A stretch of DNA of 64,000 nucleotides from Chrysomallon squamiferum (GCA_012295275.1 CM022678.1:11036001-11100000); one strand, 5' to 3'; positions 45,601 to 60,439 are shown, counted from the first letter of the stretch. Notes: generated by a model from the sequence alone, not told the origin. Numbers and translations: made by a program.

Positions 45601-48600
45601 TCAGTGTTTTCTAGTGATGCCATTAAACAAATGTTTGACATAAAATAACTGATGATAGAAAATTAATCAATGTGTTCTAGTGATGCCATTAAACAATTCT
45701 TTGACATACAATAACCAATGCTAGAAACAGTGATGTATTCTTGTGATGTTAAATAAGTGATGACAGACAATTGATGTTATTATAAAACAAATTTTAAGAT
45801 TTGTAAATTCTGATACTTACTCCACACAGTGAGCTGCCGTTACGACGAAGTTGTTGCTGATGAGTGACCCACCACAGTAGTGTTTGCGCAGACGCTGTAT
45901 TGACACCTGCCACGGCCAGGCACCTACAGCTGCGTTTCTGCCATTGATGATGAAAGACACCATGTGAGCTTTACGTCTGCCACATTCTGTGTTAAATATT
46001 ACACTTATTAGTATCATAATATTTAGACAGTGTGTGTATGTGTGTGTCTGTGTCTGTTTGCTTGTACGTCCACATGTATATGAGTGTGCATGTCTGAGTG
46101 TCTGTGTATTTCAATATGTGTGTCTGTATAAAAAGTTTGCTAATTAAATACTTTACCTTTTGGGATGCAGTTCAGAACAACAGCTTGTGAATCGAGACAG
46201 TTCTTTCTGTAAATAAAACATTGAAACAATTTAGTGAGAAAAACTTAACACACTTCAACCAGAAGTGTTTGTACACCTTTTTATGTATGTGAGAGAGAAA
46301 AAGAGAGCTATAGAAAAAAGACAGAGAGAGATAGAAAGAATTTCGAGAAAGATAGAGACAGAAATAGGGGAAATGACAGAGAGAGAGAAAAAGATAGAGA
46401 CATAAAGAAAGAGAAAGATTGTGAACGGGTGAAATACCTAAGTGTAGCTTTGCCTAGTACTGTAGTTTCTGGACCAACTCCATCAGGATGAGCAAATATA
46501 AATGTAGAAGATTTGATAGTTGTCCAGTTGTAGCTTCCTCTGTAAACACAAAATACAAACATATCTATATTTAATATTTTATTTTATTGTATACTCAAAT
46601 AAAATTATCATTTACTTTGTTTATTTGTGACCATCATTATGGTTTGAGACTGAAAAACCTCAGAAGTAAAAATTACTCAAACAACAACACTGAATCACAT
46701 TAGCATCCATCAGATTACTGTTAATACACATATGAGAAAACAAAACGCAGATTTTTTATTTCTTCATGTACTTTATCAAAGACTTGTCAACCCTGATAAA
46801 AAATAATAATTTAGACCCTTTGTTTACCTTGCATTTTAAATTTGTGGTTGGAATAAAACTGATTTAATTGGATATCATATGATGATTGAAATAAAACTGA
46901 TATAACTGGTTGAAATAAAATTGATATAACTGGTTTAAATAAAACTGATCTCACATGACTGTTTGGAATAAAACTGATGTAACTGGTTTAAATAAAACTA
47001 AAAACTTACTTGTGTCCTAGTTTCTGACAGGCCAAATCTGCAAGACTTGAATTGAAGTTAGCAGCACAGACTGGGACAAGCCCTTCTTTGTAAAACTTCA
47101 ACATCAACGGACCTGTCATGGCTTCTGGAGCAAATACTGAACAACAGATCAATAATAATATCACTACAAACTGATCAGTGAATGCTTAAAGACACAGTTT
47201 ACTATTAGTAATTGTTTCTGTTATGTTGACAGCATGGGAAGAAACCAGTGGTAGGAGTCTTTTATCTTGTAATTCAGTCACATAAATTTTACAAAATATA
47301 TATACAGACATACACTTTTTAATGAAAGAGAATTTTAAGATATGATATAATATAAATTATAAACACACACACACACACAAATATGTACTATAATACTTAC
47401 TACACTGTCTCTCGTCAGACTGATCAGCACACTGAGGAGTTCCGTCACACTGCTGAGAGAGAGGCACACACTGACCACTGAGACAGGAAAACTGAGTCCT
47501 CTCACACACACCTGAAATTTATATACTTCTGTATATAGGTTTTTAAGTCACACACTCCTGAAAACAGTTCTTAAAATTTATACATTTTCTTAAAATTTAT
47601 ATATTTCTATCTGTAGGTTTTTAAGTCACACACACCTGAAATTTATATATTTCTATCTACAGGTTTTTAAATCATACAAAACTGAAATTTATTTATTTCT
47701 ATCAATAGGTTTTTAAATCACAGAATCATGAATCTGAAAATAATTTTTAAAATGTATAAAATTCAATATATTTGAATTAATGTATTTCTATCACTGAACA
47801 AGGTTTTCAAACAGACTTGAATGAATTAAGTACTGTAAAAAGAGGATTTTGTGAAAAACGTACTGTTACCTACCACAGTTTAGTTCATCAGTCCCGTTCA
47901 CGCAGTCCGCCTGTCCATCACACACCCACTCAGACATTATACACTTCCCATCCAAACACGCAAACTGACCCAGTGGACATGCTGCAATGTAAATTGATTC
48001 TTTAATCAGAGTATAGCATGACAAGGTCTAAAATGTTCTTTACTCAGAGCATAGCATGAAGAGGTTAGTTGTCTAAAATGTTTGCTAAGCCCTGTATTAT
48101 AATAAACATATCATAAATCAAAAGATATTACTAAAAAACTATAATTCTGTGAGATCAATACCATTGACATGTTGGTGAGATAAAAATTGGTAGGTTAGCT
48201 ATCACAGTTTAAAAACATACACTTCTATGTTGTGAATTAAACACACATAGCTAGATAGATAGATAGACAGACAGAAAGACAGATACATAGATACACAGAC
48301 AAACAGATAGATAGAAGGATAGATATATAAATAGGTAGAGAAATACAGATAGAATGTTAGCTGGATAGATAGATACAGAACAAAATGTTTGGTTTATAAT
48401 TAATATTTAAAAACTGGTATATTTGATAATATCTGTGTATTCTTATAGCTTTTTAAATTATTTTTGGTTTATAATTAATATATAAAAAACTGTAATAATT
48501 AATGTTTCTGTATATACTTTAAGCTTTTTGATTTTAATTTCATGAATATGTTTATGAAAAATACTTGATTAATTTTTAAAAAATGAACTTACTGCAGTTT

Positions 48601-49653
48601 ACTTCGTCTGATCTGTCAGGGCAGTCGACTATTTTGTCACATCTCTTGTACGATTTCACACAAAGTCCCATTCCACACTGGAACTCAAACTCATTACACG
48701 CTGAAAACAACATCACAGTTACCATGACAACAGCAAATTAAATTTAAATATTCACTAATATGTATGACTCAGTTTTAAAAGAAAAAATATGAAGTAAGAA
48801 AACTGTATTCAATTTATGCAAATAAAATGTTAATAACTGTATTTGCTAAATACCAAAAATATAAAAATTGTAGAATTGTATTTGCTAATTCAAATTTAAA
48901 ATGAATAAGAAAATCAATGCAAATCAATATAATAATTATTTTCAATATACACACATTAAAAATAATCCTATGACTGTATTTACTGAATATGAATAAAAAG
49001 AATAGAATTCATATTCAATTTATATAAATAAAAATAAATAATGACATTCATTATCATCAAATGAAAACTGAAGAATAATTTTGATTTTATATATACATGT
49101 GAAATGAATGATGATATTAACTATTTATAAATAAAAACTGAAGAATGTTGACTATATATATATTTATATACACACAAAAGATGTAAAAAAGATGTAAAAA
49201 TTAAAAAACATCACAAATGCACTAACTACAGGTGTATGTTTTACAGAAGTGAACACTATAGAAATCTGGCACTATACAGAAGTGCCTGTATTACAGAGAT
49301 AGAAAGGTGGTCAGTTTGCTACATACAACAGTTCTGTTCATCACTCCAGTCTATGCAGTCATTCTTTCTGTTGCAGACTAAATTCTGTGGAATACATTTC
49401 GGTGTTCCAAAACAGGCAAACTCTCCAGCTTTGCACACTAAAACAAAAGAAAAAATTAAATAAACAAACATCTCCATTTAATAAATAACACAACTACATA
49501 CTTATCTTATTTCTGGTTATTAGGAATAAATGATGTAATGTTACAGTTATTATTTTTGCTACCACACTTTAGTTGTTCCTAACAATCTGAGATTTTTCCT
49601 CATGTCATTTACACAAACAGGAGACTATTGAAGGTTATTCCAAACACAATATG

Positions 49654-49696
<43 letters not shown>

Positions 49697-50450
49697 TTAT
49701 ACAAAAAGGAGACTACATACAAGACTTTAAAAAAAAACAATTTTTAAATTTTTAAAAAAAGAAGTTTTGCTTATAAGTTGAGACATTTTTTTTCTGTGTC
49801 CTTTACTCAAACAGCAGAAGACAGTCTATATTTTTTTCATTTCTGTTTTTTTTTTTTTTTCAAAAAAAAAAAATCTGTTGCCAAAGTTGGAATAACAAAT
49901 AGCTAAAAGGAACCAGCAATGAGTATTTCTTCCTACAAGCTGTTACTCCCCAGTCTTGTTTTCTAAACACTGAGACAGGCTGTACTCTGCTGTAAAGTTT
50001 TGTTATGTGATAAATTATACCAAAGAAAATGTACCTGGTCTAGCAGGAGGGGACAGACAACTCTTGTTGGTGGATGATACAGCCTGGCAGTTCTGTGCAA
50101 ACAGACCAGTTTTTGTACACGAAGCATTCACATCTGTGAAATAAATAAACAAATAAATAAGTAAATAAGTAAATAAATGAATAAATGCATAAATGAATGA
50201 ACAAATGAATGAATGAATGAATGAATGAATTAATAAACAAATTAATATATGAATAATAAAAACAACACAAACCATTTAAACAATAATAATAAAATTAATA
50301 ATAGCAATAACAGCTGAAATAGTAGTAGTAATAATAATAATAATCATAAAACAAAAACAGGGGTAACATCAGCAACAACTATAACAATATTAACAATAAC
50401 CATAATCACAACAAGAGTAATAATAATAATAATAATAATAATAGTAATAA

Positions 50451-50481
<31 letters not shown>

Positions 50482-50601
50482 CAGTAACAACACTATAATA
50501 TTAACAATAACAACAATAACCATATTAACAACAAGAGTAATAATAATAACAATAATAATAATAATAACAATAACAGTAATAATAATAGTAACAGTATTAA
50601 C

Positions 50602-50656
<55 letters not shown>

Positions 50657-50657
50657 G

Positions 50658-50704
<47 letters not shown>

Positions 50705-53700
50705 GCAACACACAATAACAATAACAATAACGACACTAGTAACAAAGATTCCAGACAACAAAAGTAAAACTCTCACTTTCGCAAACATCCCGGCACACAA
50801 GATGTGGATTGCCTGAACTGTCGCACTGCGGAAACACCACACTGCACAGATAGAAAAGAGCGTCTCTATGGCAACGCAGTGACACTGAAGTTTCCCCATA
50901 GAAGTAGTACATTTTAAGAGCCTCTTTCTGAGTCTTCCCCAGCCACAGGTTTGGAAGGTGGGTGACGTTGAAACCAAACACTTTGCAGACATCCACAGTC
51001 AGTGTCTCACAGCGAGCTGTGAAGATAAAACAATAAAAATAAACTTTTAAAAAACAGACTTTTAAAAATAAACTTTTAAAACATAAACTTTTAAAAAATA
51101 AACTTTTAAAACATAAACTTCTAAAAATAAACTTTCAAAACATAAACTTTCAAAACATAAACTTTTAAAAATAAACTTTCAAAACACAGACTTCTAAAAA
51201 TAAACTTTTAAAACATAAACTTCTAAAAATAAACTTTCAAAACATAAACTTCAAAAAATAAACTTTAAAAAACAATCATTAAAATAATAAATTTTAAAAA
51301 TAAACTTTTAAAACATAAACTTCTAAAAATAAACTTTAAGAAACAATCATTAAAAAATATAAACTTTAAAAAAATATCCCAAAACAAATCTGATTTCTTG
51401 TAAAAGAAACATATAATTTAAATACCATCTTACTTCTTGTGTGAAAAACAATGTACAAACAATTACATTCGGATTTAAAAATGATAGTTTTATGTAATAT
51501 TCATATTTCTAATGAAAACATAAATCAGGAGAAATATTTAGTTATTGTTGTGTTTTCTTAAATTTTCGGCATTCTTCCAAACACAGCTTGAGTACTTCAA
51601 TTTATTAATACTGGGAAGATATCTGTTTAAATTTTGTATGAATTTAAAAAAGAACTTTTTTTTCTCAAAAAATACAAGTTGTTACGAGTACACTGATGTG
51701 TATGTTTTGTTTGCTTACATGAAATTGGCTGAGTTGTTGTTACAGCTGGTGTTGTTGTTGTTGTAGCTGTTGTTGGTGGCATGAGGCACTTTGATGAATT
51801 GTCTGTGAATGCCAAACAGTCTAATGGAAAAGACCAAACTCGCCCACACTTTTGAGATATTTCTGAAAATATAACAATTAAATATTACTTTCTTCTGACT
51901 TTTAATAATACACAGTAATGTCAATACCACAAAATAATGCATATATATATATAAATAAAAAAAAATAATAAATAAAGTAAAAATCTATTATATAATTAAT
52001 TAATTAATATGACTATTACAAACAGTGGTGTATTAGTAAGTAAAGAAACATAATCTTGTATTAATTTCAGATTTTATTTAATTATTAGCACTGCTCTTAT
52101 CATAATTATTATCATCATTATTATTATCATCTCAACATCATCATCATTTCATTATTATAATTATCATCATCTTCGACATCATAATACACAGATAGATTAT
52201 TATAATTATCCTCATCTTCGACATCATAATACACAGACAGATTATAAATACAAATAAAACATAGTCGAACAATTCAGTATCGTTATAACATTTCTCTACT
52301 TCGTAAAATATAAAATAAAACAAATTTTAAAAAAGATATATGTTTTCCTGTGTGAACAGTCTCACCTTCACAAACACTTCTACAAGGCAGTTTCACTATC
52401 AGAGTGTCTGGGTCACACTGAGGAAAGAAAACTCCGCAGTAGAAGAATTTGGCCATGCTGGAACATCCAGCCTCTATAGTGGACCGTGCGTACCTCTTGA
52501 ACAGAGTGACAGTGTCTGGCAGGTTACTAGCAAACCAGGTGGGTAGAAATGTGGTGTTGTATCCTTCAGAGACACAATACTCGTAAGTCTGTTCCAGACA
52601 CTTGTCTACAAAATAGGTGGTTTTATATCATTATATATTTCATAAAGATAACTCTGGTATTGATACCATAATATAAGAATATTGATCTGAAAAATAGTTT
52701 TAATTTTAATATGTATAATTATTATTGTTATTGTTATTATTGTTGTTGTTGTTATTTTGTTGTTGTTGTTGTTGCTGTTTTTGTTATTAATTTCTAGTAC
52801 TAACTAACAACAGGTAATATTAATTTAATGACAGAAGTATATTTATGAAAAACATTTAGAGAGAGAAAGAGAGAGATTAGACAGATTGATGTACAGACAG
52901 AGATAGATAATATTATGACAAAAATAATAAAATCAATAAAGCAATTCTTTACTGAACAAACCAGTCATGATAAACCTACCAGGTTTCGGTGTTGGTGTGG
53001 TTGGTGGGGTCACTGTTGTGGTTCTAGTAGGAGAGCTACATACGTTGGTGTCGTTAAAGAATGGACCACAGTTAAGGGGAAATGGAAGAAATTTTGAACA
53101 AGAAGTTGTGACTTCTGCAATGAAAGAAAAAAGTCATTTAATATTGTTATATGTGTAATAACAACTATTCATAAAATAGCCATTTTAAATCAATGTTCCT
53201 TGATAATAAAGTATAAAAAAATACCTAAAACAAACCCAAAGACCTTATTCATTCATAACAAACATCAGAAGACTGTAATTTAATATGAATATTCCTTAGT
53301 AATGAATAGAAAACAGGCATTCAAAATGAATATTCATTAATAATGAACTAATAGAAACTACTAATTTAATATTCATTAATAATAAACATCAGAAAAACAG
53401 TAACTTAATGTCAATATTCCTACAACACATTCTTCAACGATGAACAATCAAAACTTTGTTTTCACTGAAAAGCAAATCTCTCAAAATAAGTTACAAAAAA
53501 AAAAACAAAAAAAATAAATAAACATTCCATAACAAACAAAGGTGAGACTTTATTGACTACCCTAAATTTCACAAAATAACAAAACATGGTGAAAGAGTTT
53601 TGTTTACCTGTACAAAAATCCTTGCACGGATACTTCACTTTGGGAACTGACGTCTCATTGCACCTGGGAAACAGAAGCCCACAGAAGAACTCGAGTCCCA

Positions 53701-56700
53701 CGTCAGAACAACCTGTCTGGACGCTGACTGAGGCAAAGTAGTTAAATGACTGAATGGCTGACTTTTCATCCTTGTTTCCAAACAGGTTGGGGTAGTAAGT
53801 CGTGTTGTAGCCGAGGTTTAAACATGTCGCGAATTTCAGTTCAACACAGGAAACTGAAAAAAAAAATATTAAGCAAACAACACATTAAGAAAAGAACATT
53901 TTCTTTGAGTTGTTTTTATTATACGTTTTGTATAAAATAATAAAAATTTTAAATCAGTCAGTCAATCAATAAACAGCAGATCAAATAAACAAAGAAACAA
54001 ATAAATTCAGAAATAAATAAATAAACAAATAAATAACTAAATAGAATTTAGAAAAGATATAAGTATGAATTAATTTTTCAAATTATATACATAATACTTG
54101 ATTCATATTTTCATCCTAATTCCTATTATAATTCTGTAACAAACAGTATAATTAGTATTATTAAATAGCATTTATCATTATGAAACTTCTCCTTATTTGA
54201 ATGAATCAAATTAATAATTTAATTAGCATAGAAAATAAAGTCGTTCTTATTTGTGAATTTGTATCTCTTGTTTCACATCATTTCACATAAAATTTCTTTA
54301 ACAATTAATTATAATTTTTATAAACAATTAATTATAATTTTTATAAAGAAAATAATTATCCAACTGTGATTTTTGTTAAGACAAAAATATGTTTAATCTT
54401 AACAAAAGACAATTGTTTATTTAGGAGAGTTTTAATTTTTCTTATTTTATTTTTGTTTTATTTTTTTTTTGTCTTTTAATACTTTTTGAAAGTCACTAGT
54501 GCTGAATGATTAGTTGATGAAAATCTCTGCTCTTTCAACACCTGCACAGTATTTGAAAACAGTTTATAACACAATCTGTTTAAGAAATCTGACCATACTT
54601 GGTGCCACAGTTGTTGTTGGTGTTGTAGACACTGTTGTTGGTGTTGTTGTAGACACTGTTGTTGGTGTTGTTGGCCAGAGGTCAGGTGGAGGAACAACAC
54701 AGTTGTCTTCTGAGAATGTGTCACATTTGAACAGAGACACACCTGACCCACATGAATCATATATAGCTGCAAAACAATGTAATGTCAGTATCACTAGTTA
54801 TATCACTAGTATTATATCATTTTTTTTAAATATCACTAGTTTTTTATCATTATTGAATGTCACTAGTGTTATATTCTTAGTTACCAAATATCACTAGTTT
54901 ATGTTACTAGTTACTGAATATCACTACAGTTATATTAGTTATTGGAATTCACTAGTATTATCTCATTAGTTATTAAATGTCACTACTGTTATCTCATTAG
55001 TTACATAATGTCTATAGTACTATATTATTAGCTAACTGAATTTATCTAGTGCTGTTTTAACACATTGATTAATTTTCTATCATCAGTTATTGTATGACAA
55101 AACCTTTATTTAACGACATCACTAAAACACATTAATTAATTCTCTGTCATCACTTATTGTTTGTCAAACATTTCTTATATATATTTTTTTTTAAATAATT
55201 TTAAACACTCTAAAATGGCTTCATGATTAAAAACTAAAATAATGACAAAACTCAACTCACACTGGCAGACATTTCTGCAAGGAAAGAGTCTCTGGTTTTC
55301 TTCACATTTAGGAAAGTAGAGACCGCAGAAATAGAACTCAGTCAGAGGTGAGCAGTCAGCGTGGATGATTGAGCTTGGATAATAGGCCAGCTCTCTGATG
55401 GCCTGCTCCACAGTGTTGTGCTTGCTGTAGTTAGGTAAGTATGTGTAGTTGTAGCCAATCTTGTTACACATGTCATAGTTCAGAATAGTGCACGTATCTG
55501 TAAGCAGGTTTACTTATTAAACTTTTATATATTTCATTTTTATCTAGTTATACGTTTTATATATTTCATTGTTTGCATTTTATTAATATTTTATTTTTAC
55601 TTGTACATTTTATATACATTTCATTTTTACTTATCATACGATTTATATATATTTTATTTTTACTTATCATACATTTTATATACATTTCATTTTTGCTTAG
55701 TATACATTTTATATATATTATATTTTCACTTATTTCACATTTTAAATACGTGTCATTTTTGATTATACATTTTATATATATTTTATTTTTTACATTTTAT
55801 ATATTTTATTTTTACTTATACATTTTATATACATTTTATATTTTTACATGTTAAAGATTTTGAATATTTTTTATTTTACATATTAAAGATTTTGTACATT
55901 CTTTTATTTTTTACTTATTATACATTAATACACATTTAAATTTTAACAGGTCATTTTTTTTTTTTAAATAACAAATTGAACAACAGGATTTATATTTTTC
56001 TGGTAATGCATTTTTGAGTGATTTATATATATAATATTCTTTTTATTTTTTTTTTATTATTTTTTTTTTAAATTGATTGTTTCATAACATTTTCTATCAG
56101 ATATTCATTGTGAGGATATTTCCATGCCAGGTAATTCTAGGATCAGGTTCACATTGCTGCAGTGTAAACAGTCTTGTATGACTCCCCTTTACCCAACATC
56201 ACCATCAAAACCTCTAGTCAAACACTTACATGTAACATTTAACTTGATCTAAAACTATAATGATTATCTTTACATACAAGTTTAAAAATAATAAACACTT
56301 ACATGTAACATTTAACTTGAACTAAAACTGTAATGATTATCTTTACATGCAAGTCTAAAAATAATAAACACTTACATGGAGGAGCTGTTGTAGTGGGTGT
56401 AGTTGTTGATGGTGTAGTTGATGTTGTTTCTGATGTAGTATTAGATGTTGTTGTTGTAGGTACAAACGGCCTCCGACAGTTAGGTTTGTCGAAGTGGCTG
56501 CAGTTGACCCTGTATGAATTTCCTCCGCAGTCTGACTGGAATTCTGTTAACAGAAAACACAAAAATAGCATCACAGCTGTGTCTTTGCTGTGTATGTCTT
56601 CATGTGTGTCTGTATGTGTGTCTATGTGTCACAGTGGGGTATTTAATGTATGTGTCTGTGTATAGTCTTGTTAATGTTGTGTGCACGTGTGTGTGTGTGT

Positions 56701-58325
56701 GTGTGTCTGTGTGTGTGTGTGTGTGTGTGATGTGTATATGCAGAAGTTCAATGTATGGTGTATATGTCTCTGTGTCTAAATATACAGATAAGACTGAGTC
56801 AGTGATATTTAACCTTTAGTTTAGATAATAACTTGTTACCACCAGAAGGAAATAAGAAAATTATTTTTTATAGACAAATGGGATATAAAAAAATAATAGC
56901 TATGTATTTGTATGCATGTTGCTATGTAGATAAGTAGGTAGGTATATGATACTTGTAGATGCTATTAGGTAGGTAGTTAGGTACATTGTAGACAGGTAAG
57001 GAGGTAGAGTAAAGTTAGGTAACTAGGTAGATAGTATTATGTAGATTGTGGTCTGTAAGTTGGTAATTAAGCCTACAGCATGGACAAGATGATAGTTCAG
57101 TGTGTGCAGTATCTGCTAGGGATGTATGTAGACAGACAAACAAACAGACGATTTATAAACAAATTACCCTCACAGACATCAGCACATGGTTGTGCTGGAT
57201 TGTCAGTCTCGTCACATTCTGGAAACCAGACTCCACACAAGTAGAACAGACTGACAGACGAACAGTTGGACTGCAGCGTTTCTGAGTGGAGCAGTTCAAA
57301 CTTCTTCACCACACTCTCCTCGGTCCAGTCACCGAATGTGTTCGGGTAAAACGTCACGTTGTAGCCGACTGAACGACAGGGTTCGTAACTCAAAACTTTA
57401 CACTGAGCTGTAAGAAAATTAATTTAAATGTCACGTTTATAACTGACATTACCCTTTCTTGTAGAAATAAATATATGTTATTATAATTGTTATTGTTGTT
57501 ATTATTATTGTTGTTGTTTTTGTTGTTTTTGTTCTTATCATTATTATTACTTTATCATCATCATCAAGATTATTATCATCATTATTAACATTATTGTTGT
57601 TCTTGTTATTAATTATTATTATTATTATTATTATTATTATCATTATTATCATTATTAATTATCTTATAGTTTAATATTATGTTTTAACTTTTAGTTGCTG
57701 TAACATCTACATGTTTTAAAGACAATAAATGTCTTTGGTTACCTTTTCTCTCTTCTAGTCCTATTTTTATTCTACTTTCATTTTTGCAAGCAATAATTGT
57801 TCTGCCAATTTCTGTTTGAAAATACTGATAAATCAAAGTACTGTTTTAATAAAATATAACAAGTTTACATATTCTTATTTGTTTAATAAAAGAAAAGAAA
57901 TAAACAAAACAAATAATTCTCTATGACTAAATAAAATTAGCCTACAAGTATTTTATGTAAAATATTGAACACTTACGTTTTGATGGTGTTGTTGGTGTTG
58001 GCCTTGTAGATGATGATGTTGTTGATGCCACTGAAGTTGATGTACTTGGAATGTAATCTGAAAAACAAGGGGAAATATTAAACAGTATAAAAATAGATTT
58101 ATTACTGTTAATAAATGGATATACCAAAAATTGAAAGAAGCAAATAATAATTTTTAAAAATTGAACAATTGAAAACAATTTATAATTTTTTTTTCATACT
58201 GTTAATTAAAACACTACTGATGTATTTAAAAATTAAAGAAAAGAAATATATAAAAAAATTTAAAATACACAAAAAGTTTTTATTTCTGTCATAATTTGTT
58301 AGCTTCATTAAAATATATTTCAAAA

Positions 58326-58360
<35 letters not shown>

Positions 58361-59580
58361 GTATTTATATTATCATCATATTATAGTGAAAACACTGTAT
58401 AGTTATCCATATGCTTTTTATTCTTTTCAATAGTTATAATACAAAAATATAATCAAATAAATAAATACATAAATATACAAACAAGTAATTAAATAAATAA
58501 ATAAATAAAAATATAAATAAAAAAAAAAACTATTTCAATAAATAAATTAACAGTTATTTAAAAATATAAATAAATTTAAAATATATTAATTAAATTTAAA
58601 AAAACAGTAATAATTAAAAACAAACAAAAAAAAACAAAAAATAACTGAACAAAACAACCAAACAAATAAATAAACAAATAAACAAATAAAAACTTCTCGA
58701 ACCCAAAATGTGAATGGTTTCAGATTCTATGGGGAGTTCAGCTGTACCCTTCACAACCTGTTCTTTCAAAATGTTTTCTATGATGACTGCATAAGAATGT
58801 TTTATACTCATCGATGTCGTCGTGGTTATCGGAATTTCCAACAAATCCGAGGTGAAAGACAAAGAAAATGCTATGTACATCTTGTCATAACTGGAAAAAA
58901 CAACAACAACAACAATAATAATAATAATAAAGTAATATTAATAATGTTGAGGAGAATACCAGTAACAAGCAGTAGGAATAAGAGTAAGTTGTCCTAGTAA
59001 TATTGATAACAACAGTAGTAGCAGTAGTAGTTCAAATAGTAACAATAATAAAAGAAGTAATAGTAGTAGTAATAATAATAATAGTAGTAGTTGTAGTAGT
59101 AGTAGTGTAGTAGTAGTAGTAAACAAATAACAGTAACAGAAATAATAATGATACAAAGAAGACCACCTGCAAACAAAATCAGGAAAAAAAGATGAAAGAA
59201 TTAAATGAATACTGAAAGATATATGCTAACACAATTTAAAACTAATAATGGCAAAATCTGTTTTTATATGATGCTGAGATGAGACTTCATTTTATAAGAT
59301 ACTCTTTTTGATTAATAGCAAAAGATTATGTATATATTCACCGTCTCCCAAACAGCAAACTACAAGACTTTAGTTCAGCAGTTTCAGGGAACTGTGCCAA
59401 ATTATAAAAAAAAGTCTGGTGATGAAAATGTGTGATCTACTAACTCTGGATGGAGTCTGTACTCAAACCAGAATGTAATTTCTTGACTTTACAGATTTTC
59501 AGGGACATGTATGTTATTTAAAAATAATTTAACTTATTTCTTATTCACAAAAAAAATAAATAAATAAATAAATGAATGAA

Positions 59581-59624
<44 letters not shown>

Positions 59625-60045
59625 ATAATAATAATAATAATAATTTTAAAAAAACAGAAATAAAAAAATAATAATAATTATTTTATTTTATTTTATTTTA
59701 TTTATTTTTAAATTAACAAGTTGAACCTTTCATTCGAAATCTTTGCCAAGAAATAAAAGTAAACAAATAAATAAGAAATATGTTTTAAAATCTGTCAGCA
59801 GACATGTTTTTGCTAGAATTAGTGCAGTCCATTAAAATATTAGACACCAGAAAAAAAGAAACAAAAAAACAAGAAAAAAATAACAAGTCGTGTAAATGTT
59901 GTTTTATGATATCAACATGCACTTACTTCCGAAACGGTGTTTAGATTTATACGCCATAAACTAAGCGCGTAAACAACCGATTTTATCGTCTGCCAAACCG
60001 TAGACTGGTACTTCCGTTTTCTGCGCATTTTTAACCCGGTATATA

Positions 60046-60093
<48 letters not shown>

Positions 60094-60404
60094 AATATTT
60101 ATTTATTTACTTATTTTTAATTTGGAAATCACTTTTGTGTGTTCGTATATATAATTATATTGATCCTATCTGTAAAACTTACAAATGTCATCTGTTATAT
60201 TCACTAACATTGAATGTCATAAAAGTTCGTTCTGTAAAAAAACCCCACAATATATCGAAATATTTGGTAACAAAAACAAAAGAAAAACTTTGTTAACATC
60301 ATAGCAGAATAGTAAAAGCTGAAGTACTTACTTATATTCTGTCAACTCCGATGATGAATATGATTTTTTTAATATTGTATTATTTACAATGTTTTCAATC
60401 TGAA

Positions 60405-60439
<35 letters not shown>

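Noticed and set aside
58994-59166. Hydrophobic stretch after a good acceptor, as an alternative signal anchor
   Set aside because: It runs into (TAC/TAT)n repeats and a stop, with no convincing donor.
59342-59436. Possible alternative phase 0-2 exon ([16 protein letters not shown]...)
   Set aside because: Its acceptor has a poor polypyrimidine tract. Exon 60399-60332 fits the phases with better sites. It is not fully excluded.
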